Positions 53,717 to 62,585 of a DNA stretch of 64,000 nt are shown here, one piece after another. The stretch is from the NCBI GenBank assembly GCA_963674945.2, contig CAXXWQ010000001.1, positions 32,001-96,000 of the forward strand. Reading direction: 5' to 3'. The notes under the pieces were generated by a model. It had not been told where the DNA came from. It was given only the letters and a program-made list of their open reading frames with translations, and searched no databases. The position numbers and the translations under genes are program-made. The stretch comes from an uncultured Desulfosarcina sp. (lineage in GTDB: Bacteria > Desulfobacterota > Desulfobacteria > Desulfobacterales > Desulfosarcinaceae). Every line of letters begins with the position of its first letter. Position 1 is the first letter of the stretch.

Positions 53717-53855
53717 ATGAAGGCCCTGTTCCCCAAAGACAAATCCACCGGCACACAAGGCTTTCGTATACCGGTGGAAACGATGGGCCGAAAAAGCAAA
53801 CAGCTGTTATTGGCGCCATCATGCTGTTTCATACGATGGCATTCTTCTCAATCCA

Positions 53856-53928
53856 TGATGATCTCGCAGAAAATCGCTGTTCGAACGGATTCGGAAAAAG
53901 CCCGAGATCAAGGATTTCGAATCCGTCA
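53856..53928. repeat. Internally deleted GACGG-TIR element (copy A5) with a 5-bp flanking direct repeat
   Basis: TGATGATCTCGCAGAAAATCGCTGTTCGAACGGATTCGGAAAAAGCCCGAGATCAAGG..GAATCCGTCA; ATCCA at 53851-53855 and 53929-53933. Confidence 0.85.
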
Positions 53929-54672
53929 ATCCATGGCGTCGACCAATTCGTCGGGAATATCCGCATTGGTATAGACCTTCTGCACGTCGTCACAATCCTC
54001 CATGGCATCCATGAGCTTGAGCATGCGCTCCGCATCCTTTCCTTCCAGGGGGCTCATGTTCTGGGGCAGCATGGTCACTTCGGCATCGGAAAAGGGGATT
54101 TCGGCGCCTTCGAGGGCGGCTTTCACCTCTTCGAAATCTTCGGGTTCGGTGATCACTTCGAAGCAGTCATCTTCTTCTCTCACATCCTCGGCGCCCGCCT
54201 CCAGCGCGATCTCCATGAGTTTGTCTTCACCGACGGCCGCCTTGTCCACGGCAAAGTACCCCTTCTTGTCGAACATCCAGGCCACGCAGCCGTTTTCTCC
54301 CATGTTCCCGCCGTGTTTGTTGAAAATGTGGCGAATTTCTGCGACGGCCCGGTTTTTGTTGTCCGTCAGCGACTCCACGAGGATGGCGGCACCGCCGGGA
54401 CCGTAGCCTTCGTAAGAGCTCTCCTCGTAGCTGACCCCTTCCAGTTCACCGGTTCCCTTCTTGATGGCCCGTTCGATATTGTCCTTGGGCATGTTTTCCG
54501 TCTTGGCCGCTGCCACGGCAGAGCGAAGCCGCGGATTGGCGTCAATATCACCGCCGCCGAAGCGGGCTGCCACGGTGATTTCTTTGATCAGTTTGGTGAA
54601 TATCTTACCCCGTTTGGCGTCCTGTGCTCCCTTTCGGTGCTTGATGGACGACCACTTGTTGTGTCCTGACAT
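53926..54672 (-). CDS. yebC: YebC/PmpR-family protein
   Basis: [37 protein letters not shown]. Confidence 0.97.
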   Translation of the reverse strand: MSGHNKWSSIKHRKGAQDAKRGKIFTKLIKEITVAARFGGGDIDANPRLRSAVAAAKTENMPKDNIERAIKKGTGELEGVSYEESSYEGYGPGGAAILVESLTDNKNRAVAEIRHIFNKHGGNMGENGCVAWMFDKKGYFAVDKAAVGEDKLMEIALEAGAEDVREEDDCFEVITEPEDFEEVKAALEGAEIPFSDAEVTMLPQNMSPLEGKDAERMLKLMDAMEDCDDVQKVYTNADIPDELVDAMD

Positions 54673-54684
54673 ATTTATCTCCTG

Positions 54685-55287
54685 TTACTTTTTTCCCATT
54701 CCGATGACGAACACCTCTTTGCTGGCCTTTCGTGTGCTCTGGGGGCGAAACGCTATCTGCCTGGCAAAGCGGCTTTTTACCTGATCGACGAAGGCGGCAA
54801 AGTCGCTTCCCTGGAATATCTTGCACACGAAATTTCCACCGGGATCCAACAGCTTGTCGGAAACATACAAGGCCGCCTCGCAAAGTCCCACGGATCGCGC
54901 CTGGTCCACGTGACGGTTGCCCGTTGTGGCCGGTGCCATGTCACTGAGTACTGCATCGAACCGGGTAATGGACAAACCAGCCAGATGGGAATCGAGGTCG
55001 GCGACATCACCCGTGAACACGGTAACATGCTCCGGAAGCCGGATGGTGACCGGTGTCAGATCGATACCGATCAGCCGGCCACCGGGGCCGATGGTGTTTG
55101 CGGCAAACTGAAGCCATGATCCCGGGGCACACCCCAGATCCAGGACCCGTGAACCTTTTTTCAGGATCCGGTACTTTTTCTGGATCTCCTGGAGCTTGTA
55201 TACCGAACGGGCCGCGAAGTGTTCCTTCTTCGCCTTGCGCGTATAGTGATCCGCCCACGGATTTTTACTTCGATTGGTCCGTTTCAT
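54685..55287 (-). CDS. rlmE: 23S rRNA Um2552 methyltransferase RlmE
   Basis: ARSVYKL, LDLGCAPGSW, LSDMAP, KIFQG, STRKASKE. Confidence 0.95.
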   Translation of the reverse strand: MKRTNRSKNPWADHYTRKAKKEHFAARSVYKLQEIQKKYRILKKGSRVLDLGCAPGSWLQFAANTIGPGGRLIGIDLTPVTIRLPEHVTVFTGDVADLDSHLAGLSITRFDAVLSDMAPATTGNRHVDQARSVGLCEAALYVSDKLLDPGGNFVCKIFQGSDFAAFVDQVKSRFARQIAFRPQSTRKASKEVFVIGMGKK

Positions 55288-55372
55288 ATCTTTTCGCCCG
55301 ATTCAAGTCAAGTCAAACAACACGTGGTATATGGTTTCGATACCTAATAGTTTAAGTGTGTTGTCATTTTTC

Positions 55373-56737
55373 TCAGAAGAGAAGGTCCACGGCGGCGGCC
55401 ACGTTGTCGATCCTTTCGATGACGACATCGCGGGGGGTCCCGAGTCGTTTCACGCTTCCCGCCGGGGCAACGATTCGGGAAAACCCCATCTTATGGGCTT
55501 CTGAAATTCGAATCTCCATGTTTCCCACGGCCCGTACCTCACCGGCCAGGCCCACTTCGCCGACCACCATGGTGTCGTTGCGGATGGGGCGGTCGAGAAA
55601 GCTGGATGCGATGGCCGATACGATACCCAGATCCACCGCCGGTTCGAGGATTCGTACGCCGCCGGCCACATTCATGAAAATATCGTGCCCCATCAGGTGC
55701 ATGCCCAGCTGCTTTTCCATGACGGCCACAAGCAGCGCCACCCGGTTGGGATCCAGTCCCAGAATGGTTCTGCGCGGGGTGCCGAAACTGGTGGAGGAGG
55801 CCAGCGCCTGGAGTTCCACCAGGATGGGACGCGTGCCTTCCATGCTTGCCGTTACAACGGAACCGGCGGCATTTTCGGGGCGCTCGGACAGGAAAACAGC
55901 CGAAGGATTCACCACTTGGCACAGCCCGTTCTCCTTCATCTCGAATACGCCGATCTCGTTCGTGGACCCGAACCGGTTCTTGACCGCCCGGAGAATTCGG
56001 AAAATGTGGTTGCGGTCCCCCTCGAAATAGAGCACCGTGTCCACCATGTGTTCCAGCAGACGGGGGCCGGCGATGGCTCCTTCCTTGGTCACATGGCCCA
56101 CCAGGAACGTGGGGATCCCCGTTCGTTTGGCCATGAGCATCAGGCGCATCGTGCACTCCCGCACCTGGCTGACGCTGCCCGGTGCCGAGGTGATCTCCGG
56201 ACTGAAAACGGTCTGGATGGAGTCGATCACCAGAACGTCGGGCTTGTGGCTCTCCACCATGGTCAGGACCGCATCGATGTCGATTTCCGAAACCACCAGC
56301 AGGCTGGATGAATCGGTGTTGAGCCGCCGGCTGCGAAGGCGAAGCTGGCGGACCGATTCCTCACCGGAGACATACAGCACTTTTTTATCACCCGAGGCGA
56401 TGCCATACAGTGCCTGGAGCATCAGGGTCGACTTGCCGATGCCCGGATCCCCGCCGATGAGGATCAGGGTTCCGGCTACCAGCCCGCCGCCCAGCACCCG
56501 GTCGAATTCGGCGATGCCGGTGGACATCCGCTGTTCATCGGCGATCTTTACGGAATCGATGGGAATCGGATGGTTGCCTTTTCCGGCCGCGGTCGACGCC
56601 ATGGCCGATTCCTTTCGTCGCACCTCTTCGGTGAAGGTGTCCCACGCGCCGCATTCCGTGCAGCGACCCATCCACCGGGCCGATACATAACCGCATGATT
56701 GGCAAACGAAATTTGTTTTTGCCGGTTTTCGCGCCAT
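55373..56737 (-). CDS. radA: DNA repair protein RadA/Sms
   Basis: C4 zinc finger, GGDPGIGKST, KNRFG, Lon-like C-terminus. Confidence 0.98.
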   Translation of the reverse strand: MARKPAKTNFVCQSCGYVSARWMGRCTECGAWDTFTEEVRRKESAMASTAAGKGNHPIPIDSVKIADEQRMSTGIAEFDRVLGGGLVAGTLILIGGDPGIGKSTLMLQALYGIASGDKKVLYVSGEESVRQLRLRSRRLNTDSSSLLVVSEIDIDAVLTMVESHKPDVLVIDSIQTVFSPEITSAPGSVSQVRECTMRLMLMAKRTGIPTFLVGHVTKEGAIAGPRLLEHMVDTVLYFEGDRNHIFRILRAVKNRFGSTNEIGVFEMKENGLCQVVNPSAVFLSERPENAAGSVVTASMEGTRPILVELQALASSTSFGTPRRTILGLDPNRVALLVAVMEKQLGMHLMGHDIFMNVAGGVRILEPAVDLGIVSAIASSFLDRPIRNDTMVVGEVGLAGEVRAVGNMEIRISEAHKMGFSRIVAPAGSVKRLGTPRDVVIERIDNVAAAVDLLF

Positions 56738-56962
56738 AGGCCCCTTTCGTTGATCGTATTCTTAACTTGTTGTTTTAAAAATAAAATGATACATATTAAG
56801 CGTCGGGCTTCCCAGCCACCATCTCCCTTTTGCCGTAAAACGGATGGGCAGCCGGTACGCAAACGATGAATGATTACCATGACCGTACACGCCTGCGCAA
56901 CCTGGCAGGGGGTTCATGAGGCGGTTTGTCCGCTTAAGGTATGGTAACAGGAACCGATATCC

Positions 56963-56993
56963 TAAACAGTGCCAATCCAGAAATGGCCAAACC
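56963..56993. repeat. Solo left-end fragment of the ATCCAGAAAT-TIR element
   Basis: TAAACAGTGCCAATCCAGAAATGGCCAAA resembles 47940 and 52641. Confidence 0.6.
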
Positions 56994-57024
56994 ATTTTAT
57001 TTCATAGGAGATTGTAAGTAGGAC

Positions 57025-57918
57025 ATGGGTAAAGATATTGTAAATCGAGTTCGGGTAAGATTTGGGGCGTTGTCCGCGGCACTCTTGCTTGCACTGCTGT
57101 TTGTCGGAAACGTCCTGGGATATGCCGCCGAATCTGCGGCGCCCTTCGATTCACTTCAAAAGCGACTGATTTCCGATGGTTTTAACCGCGAACAGATCCG
57201 TCAAGTGTACAAAAATCCCGGCGTTTCATTCGAAACCCGCGGCGTCATCGCCTATTTCATGCACAATGAAGCCAAGCTGAACTACGATCAGTTCAAGCGG
57301 GTGTGGAATATCAAGTCGGCGAGAAAGTACATGGAGACGCATCGCAAGGCATTGGAGAGAGCCCGGAAAAACTATGGCGTGGACAAAGAGGTGATCACCG
57401 CCATCATACTGGTGGAGACCCGGCTGGGGAAATACACGGGCAATAAATCGGTGATCAATACGCTCTCCACCCTTTCGGCCATGGCAGACGCCGACGCGCG
57501 GCAGATCATCTGGGACAATTTGCCGAATGATGAGCGGCGGATGTCCCGGGACGAATTCGAAAAAAAGGCGGATCAGAAATCGAGCTGGGCCTACCGGGAA
57601 CTCAAGGCCTTTTTGACCTACACGGACAAGGAGGGGTTGGACCCCGTCGATATCAAGGGCTCTTACGCCGGCGCCCTGGGAATCAGCCAGTTCATGCCCA
57701 GTAACATCCCTCTGCATGGTAAGGATGGAAACGCGGACGGTCAGGTAAACCTGTTTGTCCACGCGGACGCCATCTCCAGTATCGCCAGCTACCTGAAACA
57801 CTACGGCTGGGTTCCCGGAATCTCCCGGGATAAAGCCTTCAATGTCGTCTACCACTACAACCACAGCAAATACTACGTGAACACCATTCTCGATATTCGG
57901 GATAAACTGAAAGGCTAG
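57025..57918 (+). CDS. Lytic murein transglycosylase (MltB/SLT_2 family)
   Basis: YGV..EVITAIILVET, GSYAGALGISQFMPS, DAISSIASYLKHYGW, YNHSKYY. Confidence 0.92.
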   Translation: MGKDIVNRVRVRFGALSAALLLALLFVGNVLGYAAESAAPFDSLQKRLISDGFNREQIRQVYKNPGVSFETRGVIAYFMHNEAKLNYDQFKRVWNIKSARKYMETHRKALERARKNYGVDKEVITAIILVETRLGKYTGNKSVINTLSTLSAMADADARQIIWDNLPNDERRMSRDEFEKKADQKSSWAYRELKAFLTYTDKEGLDPVDIKGSYAGALGISQFMPSNIPLHGKDGNADGQVNLFVHADAISSIASYLKHYGWVPGISRDKAFNVVYHYNHSKYYVNTILDIRDKLKG

Positions 57919-57924
57919 CCCGCC

Positions 57925-58143
57925 ATGGACGCCGGCATGTACATCATTCTGACCGGAGTTGCATTCTTCCTTCTCACATGCGTCGCCATCCTGGACATCG
58001 CCCGCAAGGATTTTGGCTCCATCCAAATGAAGGCGTTGTGGGGACTCATCGTCGCCATGATTCCCTTCATCGGCGTTCTGATTTACTTTTTCGTCGGATT
58101 CAGAAAGGGAAAGCTGCCCGCCGCCGAAACATCCGCGGATTGA
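57925..58143 (+). CDS. Small membrane protein (PLDc N-terminal-like domain)
   Basis: AILDIARKDF...KALWGLIVAMIPFIGVLIYF. Confidence 0.8.
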   Translation: MDAGMYIILTGVAFFLLTCVAILDIARKDFGSIQMKALWGLIVAMIPFIGVLIYFFVGFRKGKLPAAETSAD

Positions 58144-58233
58144 GGCGTGCGTCATTACACTACCAATTGGGGTTCCAAATATTGTTTGACAAGTCCGCCC
58201 TTTTCCTATATCAAACGCTTTTGCCTTCCGAAT

Positions 58234-58309
58234 GATCCCATCGTCTAGTGGTTTAGGACGCCGGCCTCTCACGCCGGTAACGCGGGTTCGAATCCCGCTG
58301 GGATCACCA
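58234..58309 (+). tRNA. tRNA-Glu(CTC)
   Basis: GATCCCATCGTCTAGTGGTTTAGGACG-CCGGC-CT-CTC-AC-GCCGG-TAACGCGGGTTCGAATCCCGCTGGGATCACCA, 76 nt. Confidence 0.97.
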
Positions 58310-58320
58310 TGAACAATATC

Positions 58321-58353
58321 AGGCACTTACATTGGATTGTGAGTGCCTTTTTT
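58321..58353 (+). terminator. Terminator after tRNA-Glu
   Basis: AGGCACTTACA-TTGGAT-TGTGAGTGCCT followed by a T run. Confidence 0.8.
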
Positions 58354-58619
58354 ATTTGGTAAAAATTCAATACCCAACAGGGACATCGATCTGATGGTCA
58401 GGTCAAAGGTTCCGGTGGTTGTGGCGACTAAATCTGAGCCGTCGTTCGCACCTAATCTATTGTAGCGATGGGCATTGCGGCGTCGAAAGCTCGCTTGGGG
58501 GTAAGGAAATGGCCAATCGTAAAATTTGCTTGATTTTTTTTCGTTTCCACGTTTTATTTTAGGTTTAAAGCTAAAACTAAAATAAATGCAAGTCTTATTT
58601 TAAGTTCGAGGCAGGCAGG

Positions 58620-59789
58620 ATGAAGAGAGAACTCCAAGGAAGATACGTGACAATATCGACGGCGGGTGAAAAAGCTCAGGCCTTCATACCTTCACCGCTG
58701 CCGCCGCTTCCACCCATCGACTGGAACCCGCAGATGCGTAGCAAGTTCGATCAGGCGATGCTGGCGCTCGGGCGGCTGGACAGCGTCGCGACCCTGCTGC
58801 CGGACACCTCGATGTTTCTCTACATGTACGTCCGAAAGGAGGCGGTGCTTTCCTCCATGATTGAGGGGACCCAGTCGTCATTGTCCGATCTGTTGCTGTT
58901 CGAGCTGGATCAGGAGCCGGGCGTGCCTTTGGATGACGTGCGGGAAGTCAGCAACTATGTCGCTGCTCTCGACCACGGTCTGCGATTGCTTGCGGAAGGG
59001 CTGCCGCTCTCGATGAGGTTGTTTCGGCGGATCCATGGCGTCCTGATGAGTAAGGGGCGGGGGAGCAATCAAAGCCCGGGCGAGTTCCGGCGCAGCCAGA
59101 ACTGGATCGGCGGAACCCGGCCAGGTAACGCGGCTTTTGTTCCACCTCCCGCCGAAGAGGTACCGGACTGCATGAGCAAGCTCGAGTTCTTCTTGCATGA
59201 TCAGCCTGAACCAACTCCGGTGCTGCTCAAGGCGGCGCTGGCTCATGTGCAGTTCGAGACCATCCACCCCTTTCTTGATGGTAACGGCCGTCTGGGGCGT
59301 CTGCTGATCACGCTGCTTTTGTGTGATCAAAACGTATTGAAGGTGCCAATGCTTTATCTTAGTCTCTATTTCAAGACGCACCGCCAGTTTTACTACAAGC
59401 TGCTCAACGACGTCCGCCTGACCGGCGACTGGGAAGCCTGGCTCGATTTCTTCGCCGAGGCAGTGATTGTCACTGCCACCCAGGCGGTGGAAGCCGCGCA
59501 GCAGATTCTCGACCTGTCGAACCGGGATCGTGACAAGATCAGCGGCCTGGGCCGGGCGGCGGCCTCCACCCTGAAGGTCCACCGGGTGCTAATGGAACAT
59601 CCCATCGCCACCTCGGGTTCACTGGTGGAAAAGACCGGTATCACCCCGGCGACGGTAAACAAGGCGCTCGGCCATCTGGAGCAGCTCGGCATCGTGAAGG
59701 AACTGACCGCCCAGAAGCGCAACCGTCTGTTCAGCTATGAGGGCTATATCGAGATCATGAATCGCGGCACGGAACTGCCGGACAGGTAG
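58620..59789 (+). CDS. Fic-family protein (class II type, with C-terminal HTH)
   Basis: Canonical HPFLDGNGRLGR; N-terminal inhibitory-type SSMIEG; C-terminal wHTH-like region. Confidence 0.95.
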   Translation: MKRELQGRYVTISTAGEKAQAFIPSPLPPLPPIDWNPQMRSKFDQAMLALGRLDSVATLLPDTSMFLYMYVRKEAVLSSMIEGTQSSLSDLLLFELDQEPGVPLDDVREVSNYVAALDHGLRLLAEGLPLSMRLFRRIHGVLMSKGRGSNQSPGEFRRSQNWIGGTRPGNAAFVPPPAEEVPDCMSKLEFFLHDQPEPTPVLLKAALAHVQFETIHPFLDGNGRLGRLLITLLLCDQNVLKVPMLYLSLYFKTHRQFYYKLLNDVRLTGDWEAWLDFFAEAVIVTATQAVEAAQQILDLSNRDRDKISGLGRAAASTLKVHRVLMEHPIATSGSLVEKTGITPATVNKALGHLEQLGIVKELTAQKRNRLFSYEGYIEIMNRGTELPDR

Positions 59790-60001
59790 ATGCATTCTAA
59801 TTGTATCCTGTTCAGATGGGCGGAATCCGGTTAGAATTTTTTACACAGGAACATGCGATCCTGACCGTCCATGACCCTCCAGCTTCGACGCCAAAAGTGG
59901 ACGTAAATCCGGACGTAAAATGTCATGATATTTATGCCTCTGGAGATCCTGTTTCATGCGTAAGTAGCTAAAATAATAGGTATAGTAGGGTGGTGGATTG
60001 C

Positions 60002-60046
60002 CCTCTCACGCCGGTAACGCGGGTTCGAATTCCGCTGGGATCACCA
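60002..60046 (+). repeat. attR-like duplicate of the tRNA-Glu 3' half
   Basis: CCTCTCACGCCGGTAACGCGGGTTCGAATTCCGCTGGGATCACCA, lacking the 5' acceptor and D arms. Confidence 0.92.
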
Positions 60047-60186
60047 ATAATTAAATCAGGCACTTACAAGCAATTGTTGGTGTGGGTTGACATACCATCT
60101 CCGTAGTGGTTCCGGTTGAAGGCAGGGGCAGGACAGCCGGAACTGGCTTTCCCGGAGCGAAGCTATCCCCGGAAGATCAAAGACAG

Positions 60187-60510
60187 CTATGCGGCTTCGC
60201 TCACAGAAACACGCGGGGTGATATTCTCGCGCTCGGCACATGCTTTGATAACCGGAACAATGCTCTCCAATGTCGGGTTGCCGGAAGGTCCGAGCATCCG
60301 GCTGATGGCCGGTTTGTGTTTTTTCAGCTTTTTGCATATTTCATCCATGGCCCCGGTGGCGTTGATGTAGTCGCGAAGCATCAGCCTGCCGGCCGTGCTT
60401 TCGCCTTCCAGTATCATGTTTATTGCTTCGACGATCAGCCCTTTTCGAAATTCGGGATCGTTTTCGGCCCTGGTGACAACCTGCTCTTTGAATTCCCTTG
60501 AAAGCGGCAT
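60187..60510 (-). CDS. Addiction-module antidote-type HTH antitoxin
   Basis: LSREFKEQV..R...DPEFR..L..EA...GE...GRLMLRDYINAT.....SRMLGPSGNPT pattern. Confidence 0.85.
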   Translation of the reverse strand: MPLSREFKEQVVTRAENDPEFRKGLIVEAINMILEGESTAGRLMLRDYINATGAMDEICKKLKKHKPAISRMLGPSGNPTLESIVPVIKACAERENITPRVSVSEAA

Positions 60511-60646
60511 TACTTTGCTCCTTCACGCTTCCGGCGCTTGTAATCGGCCCAATATGCCCGGGCCTTCTCTATTTCCGAAATCTGAGACTTTTTCGCCCCG
60601 CTTCATCTTCATAATAACGAACTTCAATCTCATCCGGTTTGTTCAT
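60510..60646 (-). pseudogene. Internally deleted RelE/ParE-like addiction-module toxin
   Basis: N-terminus MNKPDEIEVRYYEDEAGRK joined out of frame to C-terminus KSQISEIEKARAYWADYKRRKREGAK*; stop overlaps the antitoxin ATG (TAATG). Confidence 0.75.
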
Positions 60647-60860
60647 TTAATTAACATATGTGTTATTGTTGCCAACTTAAAGGGAAACATTAACGGAACC
60701 CTAACAAATGCAATGTTGACACTGAAGGTGCAAAGCGAAGCTGACTTGGTAAGAATCTGATGTGATATTGTGGCTTCAACGAGTGGCTGATGAACTATCA
60801 CGGTAAGCCGCTGCATTTTTTTGTGGTATAACCAAAGCCGGCCGCTCTGGTGGCGGATAT

Positions 60861-61262
60861 TTACTGATGAGAAGCCATATATTCAGTGACGGCTTGAGAA
60901 AGAAGACCAGAGCGACTTGAACCATATTTTTTAGCATATTGATCTACTGTCCTTATAAGCCTTTCCGGCATAGTGATATTTATACGTCTCGATTTTAAAG
61001 AGAGCTTACTTATGTCGACTTGCACCAAGGCCCAAATACCATCTTTGTAATCTGGATTCGCCCTATGTCTTTCTATATCGGATGGTGTCGGAATTGGTTC
61101 TGAATCAATCAGCATGCCTTCAATGTGGCATTCAGCAGCTTCCTGAGCCATGCTGATTGCCTCCTCTATGGTAGAACCAGCGGAAAAACACGCCGGTAAA
61201 TCGGGAATGGCAACACTATAATCAGAAGTAGGATCTTTGTGAATTACAATAGGATATTTCAT
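60861..61262 (-). CDS. hicB: HicB-family antitoxin (HicB plus RHH)
   Basis: MKYPIVIHKD...YSVAIPDLPACFSAGSTIEEA, RINITMP..L...VD.......SRSGLL. Confidence 0.93.
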   Translation of the reverse strand: MKYPIVIHKDPTSDYSVAIPDLPACFSAGSTIEEAISMAQEAAECHIEGMLIDSEPIPTPSDIERHRANPDYKDGIWALVQVDISKLSLKSRRINITMPERLIRTVDQYAKKYGSSRSGLLSQAVTEYMASHQ

Positions 61263-61264
61263 TT

Positions 61265-61452
61265 TTACCTCCAATTCCATCCAGCGTTCCGTAAAATATT
61301 GCGCAGTGTACCAATGGCAATATCCTTCTTGGGATGTGGAACAGTAACTTTTCCCTGTTTTACAGGATGTTTAAATTGATGGTGATCACCTTTTGTGTGG
61401 TGTAATTGCCATCCATCACCCGCAATCTTTTGATTATTTCTCGGCTGTCCAT
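61265..61452 (-). pseudogene. hicA: HicA toxin with a 1-nt frameshift
   Basis: Adding one A in ATC-AAAA-GATTGCG gives MDSREIIKKIAGDGWQLHHTKGDHHQFKHPVKQGKVTVPHPKKDIAIGTLRNILRNAGWNWR. Confidence 0.88.
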
Positions 61453-61833
61453 GTGATGTGTATAATCACGCATTAGAGTTTTTTATGTCAATTCTGCGGT
61501 GGAGATACTGATGATTCAAGAACGTTATTCTATGCAGGAGGGGCGCCCATTAAAGGGCGGGTCATGTGTTTTTCCAGGGACGTGTCGCACCAATAGATAT
61601 ATTTGACATTCCCTTATTGTTCGATTTATAGTTCTTTTATTCTTGCCTCATGTGGCGTTCTAATCACATTGAAATAATTTGACTTTAAAATCGATCAGTT
61701 ATCATATGTTCACGATGAAATGCTGAGAGCCCTTCTACTTTCAGTGTCGCTGCTGTATTACCGATCACTCCTTTTTTTGGTTCCATTGAAATCAGGTATA
61801 GCGTAATGGGTATGCCTCTCAAATTGTGCATAT

Positions 61834-62012
61834 ATGTCTCCTGATGTGTTTACAAGCCATCCCAAAAAAACCTTTGGACTCAATATCTTTGTTGGAGGCA
61901 AATTTTAAATCCTCAAAATACTTTAGTATGTCTGCGGTTTAAAATTTGCCGCCGCTGCAATCTTGAACCCAAATCCCTTTTTTGAGGCAGCTTGTAGCAC
62001 ATCAGGAGACAT
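61834..62012. repeat. Palindromic element (B1-type TIR, copy B4) inside an outer 15-bp inverted repeat
   Basis: ATGTCTCCTGATGTG..TACAAGCCATCCCAAAA ... TTTTGAGGCAGCTTGTA.CACATCAGGAGACAT; inner stem GGAGGCAAATTTTAAA / TTTAAAATTTGCCGCC. Confidence 0.85.
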
Positions 62013-62122
62013 TCTGAAATTTGGATACCTTGTATCTGCGACAAGCTCGACAATCGTTCAACTTAGGTTAACGTCAAATCGGATTTTCGATGGATGAAAA
62101 CCAATGAAAAATGAGGTGACAC

Positions 62123-62443
62123 ATGCCAAAATATCTTTTCCACGGATCATATACCGAGGAAGGCGTAAAAGGTCTTTTAAAGGAAGGCGGCACGAAACGA
62201 AGGGAAGCAATAAAACTGGCTGTAGAATCGGTCGGTGGTACTTTGGATGCTTTTTATTTTGCATTCGGGGATGATGACTTTTATTTCATAGCTGAAAATC
62301 CTGAGAATATTAATGCAATTGCCGGCACCTTGCTCGCAAATGCTTCCGGAACAGTCAAGCTTACAACCACTATTCTTATCACAGCCGAAGAGGTCGATGA
62401 GGCGATCAATAAAAAATTGGATTGGCGGCCACCCGGACGATAA
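62123..62443 (+). CDS. GYD-domain protein
   Basis: MPKYL...SYT.EG.KGLLKEGG.KR......ESVGG.L...YFAFGDDD...RPPG; GAGG RBS. Confidence 0.85.
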   Translation: MPKYLFHGSYTEEGVKGLLKEGGTKRREAIKLAVESVGGTLDAFYFAFGDDDFYFIAENPENINAIAGTLLANASGTVKLTTTILITAEEVDEAINKKLDWRPPGR

Positions 62444-62585
62444 GTACAAACTTACGATACCTAATGGAAAGGCAGAGGGTACCTTATCTCTGTCTTTCCG
62501 TTGTCAGATGAACGCCGGATAAAAAGTATTGTCCGTAATGAATCCCTGCAGCCGTTAAAGCCGCTGCATCTTTTTTTGCCTCATA

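Larger units (their letters stand above)
58265..60046. mobile_element. att-bounded genomic islet at tRNA-Glu with no integrase
   Basis: The 3' 45 bp of the tRNA (58265-58309) recur at 60002-60046 with one mismatch. Confidence 0.8.

Noticed and set aside
58371..58450. attC-like site (ACCCAAC...GTTCGCA); also CCCTAAC near 60699
   Set aside because: Poor internal pairing, no GTTRRRY end and no integron integrase in the window
58479..59892. Short inverted pair GGCGTCGAAAGCT / AGCTTCGACGCC around fic
   Set aside because: 12 bp with an indel and no flanking duplication; may be chance
60002..60046. Second tRNA-Glu gene
   Set aside because: Only the 3' 45 nt are present; the 5' acceptor strand and D arm are missing, so it is an att duplicate
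60805..62578. Direct repeat AAGCCGCTGCAT plus T run flanking hicAB and the GYD gene
   Set aside because: Only 12 bp, and the second copy is a terminator arm; too weak to call an element boundary
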